A DNA stretch of 64,000 nucleotides from Octopus sinensis. Its lineage: Eukaryota. A program made the position numbers and the translations under genes. The notes under the pieces were generated by a model, which saw only the letters and a program-made list of their open reading frames with translations, made no database searches and was not told the origin of the DNA. Location of the stretch: NCBI RefSeq assembly GCF_006345805.1, contig NC_043012.1, forward strand, positions 45,570,001 through 45,634,000. Direction: 5' to 3'. This document shows, in pieces, positions 53,611-64,000 of the stretch. Every line of letters starts with the position of its first letter. Position 1 is the first letter of the stretch.

Positions 53611-54766
53611 GATATAAATATATGTGTGTGTTTATACATATATAAACAAATATATCTCAAATCATGCTCTCCCGTCTCATCGAAACTGATGTTTTCGATA
53701 ACACACAGTCTTACACAATTCTTAACGGACTTCTCGATGAAGTTTGAAATGGATGACTTTAATAAACAATTATAGCCGAAGAACTATAGGTGCAATATTG
53801 GCATAAGCAATATTTGCTTGTTGTATTATCAGTTCAAATTTGCTCATTGACAGCAAGCAGCTCTACCATTTCGAAGCAACGGTTTCTTAATAAAGGAGAA
53901 AATTATACATACCAAGCTTTGATCCACACCGGCTGAAGTAGTCCAACTAATCGCAAAGGCGTCCTCATGTAGAAAATACTTTGCTTTAACAATATACCTC
54001 GTCCAAATAAGTCGAATCTGGCAAGTTTATTATACATAAATGTAACACCTAGGAACAGCAATGGTTTTCATCTGACCGATCTACTTGTCTATTTCCTCTG
54101 TGGCCAACAACCTAAGCAGAAATAGAAAGCTCAGTAAAAGGTGTGCATATGCCCCAAGTCATTGGGCGGGGTTATGGTACGTATATGGAAAAAAGGACAT
54201 CTATGTGTCGCGGATGGTCTGCCGAGGGACAATTTGTTTTCTATATATGACTTTGATCAGGAATCAGTTAAGATTACACAAAAGAACAAAAGGAAAACAG
54301 AGTAGCTAATAAAACGCCATTGACTTTTATATGACTACTATTTGGACGAGTGTGCATTGAACAGAAAGTGTATAGATGTTGCTGATGAAAACAAGACAGA
54401 ATTATATTCAATGTACAACGTTATAGATATCAGAAATTAATTTTGGTTTGATATTCCTGTTATTAGAATATGTTAAAAAATACTAACTTTTTCTTATGTA
54501 TATTTGTATACAAATGGAAGAATTCATAGATGCTTACTCACGCTTGAATAAATATGTACAAATACCAATAAACCGACCAACGAACTCACAGTCGCACTCA
54601 TACGCAAGCCTACATATTATATTCAAAACCTCTACATGGCTACTGTCATGTGACGAGAGCCAATAAGAAATTAAATATAATAATAGAATATAGTCGTGTA
54701 TATGTTAATTTATATTCATCCTTAAATACGCCTATCTATTTTTATACGCATCGAACTAGCTATCCA

Positions 54767-54825
<59 letters not shown>

Positions 54826-55564
54826 ATTAACCTATCTATCTATTGATCTATCCATATAGTCATATTACGCGTATATTCATCTATGCGCTTTATTGGCCTT
54901 ATTGTGGAGCTCTTTGGAAATGCATTGGAGTTTTCAGCAGTCTGTGTGATAATACAAAAAAAGCCCAAGTGTTAATACTGAGAATGCGTATTTCAAATCA
55001 CTTTCAATTAATAGAGAACAAATGTGACCTATTCTTTACTCTTTACTATACTGTAAACCACTCTATTTAATTAGCTACCTTTCTAAATTAACTATGGATT
55101 TGCTTCATTGATTTAAAATATTTCTTACAGCTCTATTTTTGAAGTATTTCTTTAAATGTTTTAAAGAATATTTGATCATTCCAACTGTTTGAAAGAAACA
55201 CTCGAAAACAACAAGCAAAAATTGAAGCAAATAAATTAAAACCATAATCTCATCAGAATTATGCATGATAAGATTGGAATATATATAATTGTATTTATTC
55301 GTCATTGACGTGTAAAATATAGCAAAATTTAAATTTACCAGATAAACCAGCTATTAATGTTTCCAACAAGTTTAAAATATAAATGAATAATTGAATTTGA
55401 AACAATGGACAACGAAATAAATATGCAAAATTTAAATCTTTAATGTGATAAGGTATAGTGAGAAAATATTAACTTGTCAAAATGGAATGCAGGCCTATGC
55501 GCATTAATGTGTATTTGCATTCGTGTATGTATGCGTATATATATATATATATATAATATATATA

Positions 55565-55604
<40 letters not shown>

Positions 55605-55989
55605 TCCCTCACACATATATACAGGCATACATAGACGCACAAACATAAACAAGAGATACGTACATATATAGTTTTTATTTGCTGACTAATTTAAAGTATT
55701 ATTTGTGTTTCGATTCCATGTAAAACTTATCAATGATAGTCGAAAACTTTAAATCTATATCTACTAGTAGCCATTTACACACACTTATATCTGAATTATT
55801 TAGCGCTCAAACTTCTTAAACCATGCTTTAACTATAAGTTCACAAACATTCATGGCAATACACAGATAGTAGATCCATCGAAAGAAGTAGCGTTCAAAGT
55901 ATTTAAATGCTGTTGTAAAAAATTTATACCAGTTTAATTTATATCTAGTTGACATAATGCTTTGCAGGAGCGGATGTGCATCTGCATTG

Positions 55990-56200
55990 TCAGATGGACG
56001 CTGTCACCGGTGTTTAGCTTTCAGAATTGTGCCTCAGTGGACGTTGGTCTTCTGTTTGGTGAGGTAATCAAAACAGCATGTCAGATTCCTTGTCAATCAT
56101 TTCTACCGTTGTAATTTTAGGCGAGCGTGGTCGCCTGACAGCCATATCTTGGTCCTGAATTTTAGGCAAACGTGGTACAGAGAAGTCAAATACGAATACT
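55990..56200 (-). mobile_element. Possible mariner/Tc1 HTH remnant
   Basis: Minus strand RRPRSPKITTVEMIDKESDM resembles the RSGRP..T..E.I.K motif; heavily decayed. Confidence 0.35.
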
Positions 56201-56314
56201 TTTTCTTTTCTTACGGCCTATCAGTGACAGCAGTTTGAAGTACTTTGATAAAGTGTATCGTTGGTAACAACAATATGTTCACTTCCCGTATGGCCGGTGG
56301 CAATTTTTCTCATA

Positions 56315-56610
56315 AGCCGTGGTGGTGTGGTGATATGAAGCTCGCTTCCCAACTACATGGTTCTGGTTGTTACCCCACTGCGTAGCACCTTATGCAAGTG
56401 TTCTTTTCTATGTACCCAGGCCAACCAGAGCCTAGCGTGTGTATTTGGTAGATGAAAACTGAAAGAAGCTCATCGCATATATGTGTGTTCCTGTGTGTGT
56501 GTATGTGTGTGTGTTGGAGTATTTGTGTTTCTGCTTGTATTCGTTACCACACTGCTTCACATCCGCTGTTGGTTTGTTTTCTCCTAGTAACATAGCCGTT
56601 CAGCATAAGC
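56315..56610 (+). mobile_element. SINE family B (diverged)
   Basis: gtggtgtggtga...aactacatggttctggtt...tggtagatgaaaactgaaagaagc. Confidence 0.7.
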
Positions 56611-56714
56611 GGATTTTTCTTGCTGGGATACCTGAAATAGTGGGTTTGCACCAACAAACCAGAAACCCTGGTGTAACTGAAGGAGAACATCAGTAGAGAA
56701 ATCAAGGAAGTGGG

Positions 56715-57420
56715 GGTATATTTCGTTTCTAAATATCTCAGAGACAGTTATGCAGTAACAGCACGATAAAGCGATGCGATGGCTTGTTGCTAACTTAATG
56801 TGGCAGTCCCAGGAAAGGGAAAAATGTTACTGTTACTTAGCCCCGTATACCACCGTGTCTAGTTCGCTGCGTGACACAAGCGTTCAGTGTCCTTAAGTTT
56901 TCAAACAAGGGAGAAAAGCACTTCCACCCAATAAAGCCAGCTCCGAGAGACTTGTTCAAGGACAATTGCTCTTCATCAGTCTGGAGTAGCTTGACCTAGC
57001 TAGATGTCGCTGCTAAATTGGAAACTTATAGAATTTGAAGTGAAATACGTTCACTGATCTACAAAAATAGAAATATTACATTTCTAAATCTCTCGGAGAT
57101 TTATGTAGTAACAACATGATAAAGTGATGGGTTGTAGCCAACTTATTGTGGCAGCCCCAGGAAAGGAGAGAATGTTACTTTTATTTAGCTCCAAGAAACA
57201 CAGTTTCTAGTTGGCTACGTGACACAAGTGTTGTGTGTCCTTAGGTTTTCAAACAGGGAACATAAGCACCCCCACCCAACAAAGTTTCAGGGTAATTACT
57301 CTTCATTAGTTTGGAGTAGCTTGACCTTGTTAGATATCGCTGATAATATGTATCTGTATATATTTATGTATGTATGTATGTATGTATGTATGTATGTATG
57401 TATGTATGTATGTATGTATG

Positions 57421-57457
<37 letters not shown>

Positions 57458-57543
57458 GTCTGTCTGTCTGTCTATCTTTCTATCTATCTATATATATATA
57501 CGCGTATACATACACAGACACATGAACACAAACACACACACTT

Positions 57544-57585
<42 letters not shown>

Positions 57586-58460
57586 GCATGTACATACACA
57601 TACGAACATATACACGCGTGCACAAGTATAAAAAAAAATATATATATGCACATACATGCCTCAGTATTCACACTGCACCAGGATTAAGTTCATACGGATG
57701 TACCTATACCTTTGCACGAATTGCAGAGGGACCTAAATCAGCACCTACATACACATGTCTTCGCGCGCAGGCGCATGTGTATATTTTGGTGCGTGCGTAA
57801 CAAATCTATCTTCTGTCCCTGAAAGGAAGATTGTGAGCGCCAAGAAACATCATTTCCAGCTGTCTGTACGACAAAATACCTGTCAATACATTCGAACAGC
57901 TAATCTGTATTGATAAATAACTCAGAAACCGGCCCACATGTGTTGTTTTGTGCTGAATGGGAGTGCTGGACTCCCTGTTCGAAAATATAAAGACACAGAT
58001 GTCGTGTCGTATAGCCAGCTGGAAACGATGTTTCTTGGGTTTTAACAGCAGTAACTAACGTCCCTTCCAGAACAGCCACATTATGTTGGCAAATAGCATT
58101 TACTTTAAAGAACATTTACTGAATATCTCTCTTTGGGGGATGTAGAAATAATAATATTTTGATTTATTAGATCAGTGATTGTGTGTCACTTTGAAAACTA
58201 TACTTTCCAACGGTGAATTCAGCGATGCCACCGAGCCGAGCAATTCCTCTGTGTTGATAAAGTACAATAACACAGAAACCGGTCCACTGATGTTGTCTTG
58301 TGCTTAATGGAAGTGCTGGACTCCCTGTTCGAAAATATAAAGGACACAGATATTGTGTTCTATAGCCAACTGGAAACGATGTTGCCTGGGGTTAAACAAC
58401 AGTAACAATCGTTCATTCTAAGACGGCCACATTATGTTGGCAAATAGCCTTTACTTTGGA
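56715..58460. repeat. Old repeat family: two tandem plus copies (about 56715-57010, 57065-57340) and two tandem minus copies (about 57900-58245, 58250-58460) around a microsatellite
   Basis: Shared gccaactta.tgtggcag..ccaggaaagg...atgttact and tagttggcta.gtgacaca motifs, and their reverse complements. Confidence 0.72.
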
Positions 58461-58728
58461 TACATATAGATAGCGACTGAAGGCACTATTCAGCACCAGT
58501 ATTGCTAGAAATACGAGTCAATCAACTCATAGCCGCAATAACGTACCTTCTTATTTACTGACAAGGGTGGAAAAAATATCAATGTTAATTTATTGATACA
58601 TTTGGGCAGGTCTATGTCAGTATAATCAGACAATTGCGAACGATGTTTTAAAAAAATTCAAAACTCTGAAAAAAAGGTCCTGTTCAAATTTTTCATAGTT
58701 GAAAACGTTGCTTACTTTTTACTCAACA

Positions 58729-58785
<57 letters not shown>

Positions 58786-59949
58786 ATATAATATATGTTA
58801 ATATATATACATATATACAGACATACAGGCCAGACAGACAGACACATACGCATATTGCGAATGAGTGATTGATTGTCTGGTGAAAAGAGAATTCTGAAAC
58901 TAAATTTCTTCCTCAATAGTCATTATCAGCAAACAGTTCTTTTAGTTTAACTCCATTGTATATGAGACTGAGGCAGATGTGTAACAAGGAAAAAATATTT
59001 ATGGCCTACAGTAATTTGCATAATTTATTCAGTTGTTTAAAAACATTAAGTTAGAATTACTCCGAAATTCTATCTCGTGATTAATCCATATTTATATGTG
59101 CCAAATATATATGTCGAAATTGAGGCCTAATTTCACAGCAGGAATAAATATATGTTAATTGAGCGTATGAAAATGATTCCCGTTCTACAAGTAAAATATT
59201 ATTTATGCATATTTTTGACGAATTATACAAATTGTTATACAGCGAATTTTTTCTTTTTGTATCAAACACACAAAATGTCTGTGGGGGTCAGTTTATGGCA
59301 GTAATTGTCATACTGTTATCTGCAGCACCCGCGTAGCATATGAAAATGAATTAGTAAGCCACTTTATAAAATATCTGGGAAAAAAAAAAAAAAAAAAATA
59401 CAGTAATATCTAAAAAAAACTTTAAACTTGCTTATAATTGAAAAGTACATATTCGCTGGTCACCTACTCTCAAAATAAATTATATTTAAATAATAAACAT
59501 ATATGAATGCACTTAATATCAGCATATATAAACACACACAAACTCTATCACTATCCCACTCTTGTATTTCCCATACTTTTAATCGGAATTTCTGATTTCA
59601 AATTCATGTAAATTTATTGAATCTGGATTTTTTCAAAACATAAAAGCCACCGTCTAAAGGAATTGATAAAATATATTATAACGGAATGCAAAGTCATCGA
59701 TTTCATCCATATCTACTATTGTGTATTGTAATCTTGGCTTAAAATATTTCAATTTACTTCTATCAATAAAATACATTACTGCGAGTACATTTTGTTCAAG
59801 ATAACTTTAAATTCATAGCATGTGCTTTTAGAATATATTTTTACATTCATCACTAAAAACCAAACCTCCCGCAGCACAATCATGAAAATATGTCTTTAGG
59901 GACATAATGATTGATTGTAAAAGTCGATAAAACGTCATTTAAAATCACG

Positions 59950-60003
59950 CGCACATGCATCTACATACATTCTGTAAACACGTGTACACTTACGTAAATA
60001 CAT

Positions 60004-60063
<60 letters not shown>

Positions 60064-60159
60064 TATATATACACGTATATATATACATATACATACATAC
60101 ATATATATATATATATAATATATATATATATACATATATATGCATACTCACACACACAC

Positions 60160-60193
<34 letters not shown>

Positions 60194-60224
60194 CATACAC
60201 GTATACATATACATATACATATAT

Positions 60225-60267
<43 letters not shown>

Positions 60268-60294
60268 GTATACATATACATATGATATATATAT

Positions 60295-60387
<93 letters not shown>

Positions 60388-60390
60388 CAT
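59950..60390. repeat. Compound (TA)n/(TATACA)n/(GATA)n microsatellite
   Basis: Direct reading. Confidence 0.95.
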
Positions 60391-61187
60391 ATGCGGCATA
60401 GTGCAACAAGGGAAAACTCAAGCTTAATTTTTGTGCTCAGAATTTCTAAAGAGGAAGACTTAGAAATAGTCGTTTCTTCCATCACATGTAGTAGATCTGT
60501 CATATATTTCCAATAATCCAATATGATTTTATATCCAAACATCAATAATATAATAAGGTATACCATGCGCTACTATACAGATCTAATCAATAGGTAATCA
60601 TAAAATATAGCTGAAACTATAAAGCCAAATACATTTAAAAATACATAATGTGTGTGTATGTAACTATGCATACATACAAGAGCACACTTTCCCACACACA
60701 CAAATATATGTATACGGTTGCGTGTGTGCGTGTGTGTGTAATGACGATAAAATTTCCTTCCTACAAGTAAATTTATGTTTCTCTGTTTTTATGAGAAATA
60801 TTTCAAATATTCCGTCGTGTTGTACCGTATGTCATCAGAGGTGACAATAGTAAAACTATAAATGATTTTTGAGAGAAATAATAATACAATGGGAGTCAAA
60901 GAGTGATTACTTTATACTTGTCAAATTGAAAATTAACATTTCATCCTCAATATGTCATTAAGTTATCGCATATGTCTACTTTGAAATCAATCGATCTGAT
61001 ACCAAGAGAATCATTCAAAGAATACCTATGTCTTCAATGCATTATTGTTAACTAACCAGAGAAAGAGTTATTGCTTTGCATGGATCATTACCAGTACGAA
61101 CGGGTATCAACATTATGACAAACAGTTCGTATTATTTACTTATTGCGAATTCATGTTTCCGAGTTCAAATACCGTCGAAGTTGACTA

Positions 61188-61720
61188 TTAAGGTGGCGAG
61201 CGACCAGAATTGTTAGAAGAGAGCGGAAAATGCTTGGCAGCCTTTCATCTACCTTTGCGGTCTGTGTTCAAATTTTGCAGATGCTGACATTGCCTTTCAG
61301 CCTTTCGAGGTCGATAAAATAAGTACCAGTAGAAGATTAGGGTCGATGTCATTTACTTACCTCTCCCCAAAAATTACTGGCCTTGTGCTAAAATTTGAAT
61401 ATACTACAAATTGAAATGGCAGCGAACTGGATGAATCACTAGCACACCGGACAAAATGCTTTGCGGCATTTCCTCCGTCATTATCTTTCGACATTAAATT
61501 CCACCAAAGTCAACTATTAAGGCGGAGAGCTGTCTGAATTATTAGAACGCAGGGGAAAGTACTGGGTCGCATCTCATCTACCTTTATGTTCTGAGTTCTG
61601 CTGAGGTCAATTTTACCTTTCATCATTTATGGGTTGATAAAACAAGTACCATTCGAGCATTGAGGTCCATGTAATCGGGTTGCTCCTTACCCCGACATTG
61701 CTAGCCCTATGCCAAAATTT
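61188..61720 (+). mobile_element. Three successive diverged family A SINE copies
   Basis: aaggtggcgagc (61189), aaatggcagcgaactgg (about 61415) and aaggcggagagc (61519) heads. Confidence 0.72.
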
Positions 61721-62699
61721 GTTAACCGTTTTTACTAAATGTGTCTTTCATAAATAATGTTTTATAATGCGAGGAAAGCTTATAAGAACAGTGTGCTTAT
61801 AATGAGCTTTATAATTTGTCACATATTTCAATGAAATATATTATTAAATTTAGGGTAAAGGAAAGATAAAAAGTCAATTAAATACATGATTTAAGGTTCA
61901 GAAAACAGAACGAGGTGGTAGGTCAGGAAATGATTCGATCAAAGGGAAATTTGAGGATGGAGCAAAGATAAGAAAAAGCGACGGTGAAGGTCTATTTGAT
62001 ACAACAAATTATAACATCCTACAGAGTGACCTATATGCAATAAACATTCACACGCACGCACACACACACACACACATACACACGCACGCACACACACAAA
62101 TACATACACATACACACACACATACACACACATTATATCTCTCTCTTATAGTCCTTATCCAGCTTTATATTACGTTATTTCTTTAATCGGGTCCTCGATG
62201 TGTAGCAGTTTCTTCATATAGCTATCTCAACTAAATCCCGATTAACTTTCAATCAAATTTTTAAAATAATGAAAAATTAAGAACCACTTTTTGTGGAGTT
62301 TCCTCTTTCTATATGGCCTCTACTCGGCAATATCTTGCTCGCTGGTTGAGCAAGCCGGTAGTTAAACATGAAATATCAGTTAACTTGATGTTTTCAATGC
62401 ATTTAGCACTTCTGTCTGTATAGAGTCACAACATCAGTTAATTCAGAAACGTTATTCTAAAAAATGTTTTAAATAATAACGTTGCTTTAACATTTAGTAT
62501 TGCTATTATAAAAACATGAACATATGAAATGATAATTGTCAACCGTGTTCCTTTTGCAAGTGTATCCAAGATGATGATTATTATAATGGTGATCATTATG
62601 ATGGGGATAAGGTTTATGATGATGATGATGACGAGCGTGAGACAAAGCCACAGTGAATCTCACTAATATTTGAGTGACGTATTTGGAGGGACACAAAAT

Positions 62700-63640
62700 A
62701 ATCCTTTCTACTAGATATATAAGGCCTCAAATTTGTGGGGAGGGGACTCGTCGATTACATCGACTCCAGTGTTTCCCTGGTACTTGATAAGGATGAAAGG
62801 TAAAGTCGACCTCGGTGGAATTTGAACTCAGAACGTAACGGCAGAGAAAATAACTATTTCTTTATTACCAACAAGGGGCTAAACATTGAGGTGACAAACA
62901 AGGACAGACAAAGGTATTAAGTCGATTGCATCGACCCCAGTGCGTAACTGGTAATTAATTTATCGACCCCGAAAGGGTGAAAGGTAAAGTCGACCTCGGC
63001 GGAATTTGAACTCAGAACGTAACGGCAGACAAAATACCTATTTCTTTATTACCAACAAGGGGCTAAACATTGAGGTGACAAACAAGCATAGACAAAGGTA
63101 TTAAGTCGATTGCATCGACCCCAGTGCGTAACTGGTAATTAATTTATCGACCCCGAAAGGGTGAAAGGTAAAGTCGACCTCGGCGGAATTTGAACTCAGA
63201 ACGTAACGGCAGACAAAATAACTATTTCTTTATTACCAACAAGGGGCTAAACATTGAGGTGACAAACAAGGACAGACAAAGGTATTAAGTCGATTGCATC
63301 GACCCCAGTGCGTAACTGGTAATTAATTTATCGACCCCGAAAGGGTGAAAGGTAAAGTCGACCTCGGCGGAATTTGAACTCAGAACGTAACGGCAGACAA
63401 AATACCTATTTCTTTATTACCAACAAGGGGCTAAACATTGAGGTGACAAACAAGGACAGACAAAGGTATTAAAGTCGATTGCATCGACCCCAGTGTGTAA
63501 CTGGTAATTAATTTATCGACCCCGAAAGGATGAAAGGCAAAGTCGACCTCGGCGGAATTTGAACTCAGAACGTAGCGGCAGACAAAATACCGCTAAGCAT
63601 TTCACCCGGCGTGCTAACGTTTCTGCCAGCTCGCCGCCTT
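62700..63640 (-). mobile_element. Family A SINE with its B-box-to-tail segment amplified as an about 183-bp tandem repeat (4-5 units)
   Basis: aaaggtaaagtcgacctcgg recurs at about 62797, 62980, 63164, 63347 and (as aaaggcaaagtc) 63533; a single SINE head at about 63640. Confidence 0.9.
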
Positions 63641-64000
63641 AGACAGCTACAAAATAATAGTATACGTTCAGCTTGCAGGCTGACATAAGCCATAATACTG
63701 CGAATAAGTCCAGAGTTCCGAATAACATACCAGAACAGGTAATCTCAACTCAACAAATAATACCGTTGTGAAGGCATAAGTGAAATACCTTTCCATTGCA
63801 TTTGCTCTAAGTACAAGGAAATGAATCAAGCAAGCAGAGTTATGAGCTAATCTCCATTTCAGTTCAGCAGCCATGTTATATTGAACTGTTCCCACTCTTA
63901 TCGATGTCACATGAACGCGGTCGAACCGTTGCAATAAAGAAATATTCTCTGCGTATTGGGTATTAACCGGGACGAATGAAAACCATCGTATTTTCTGAAT

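Noticed and set aside
54383-54450. CTGATGA…GAAATTAATT
   Set aside because: The palindrome ATTAAT is present but helices I and II do not pair; expected by chance in AT-rich DNA.
62797-63560. Regular 183-bp repeats resembling a CRISPR array or satellite
   Set aside because: There are no unique spacers, the units are SINE-derived and the context is eukaryotic.
63668-63934. Minus-strand ORF with AMERY (GPCR-like DRY/ERY motif), and a possible 60-nt plus-strand exon at 63679-63738
   Set aside because: A single short motif with no convincing transmembrane pattern, and a weak polypyrimidine tract for the exon; cannot be supported without a homology search.

Overview
Eukaryotic, AT-rich, repeat-saturated DNA with no intact protein-coding gene and no rRNA, bona fide tRNA or CRISPR array. 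The repeat repertoire (tRNA-derived SINEs, RTE/CR1/Dong LINEs, Penelope, mariner, dense (TA)n/(CA)n/(TATC)n/(AAT)n microsatellites) looks like an Octopus-type cephalopod intergenic or intronic region (inference). Almost all ORFs in the supplied track are microsatellite artefacts or transposon fragments. The main signal is not in the ORF track. The window carries about 15 near-complete type-I hammerhead ribozyme (HHR) motifs (helix I-CUGANGA-helix II-GAAA-helix III-UH-helix I) from about eight unrelated sequence families, plus several decayed ghosts. Most lie in non-coding units of about 360-560 bp arranged as tandem copies plus an inverted copy, usually abutting (TA)n tracts: 1709-2972, 18775-20866, 27788-28770, 33000-33529, 36531-37925 and 43257-44490. 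This matches Penelope-like pseudo-LTRs or non-LTR retrozymes. Each family has its own self-complementary helix III. One HHR sits behind a tRNA-derived SINE head (50705-50932). All folds were made by eye; catalytic activity and novelty are untested, and some fold-backs could be assembly artefacts.
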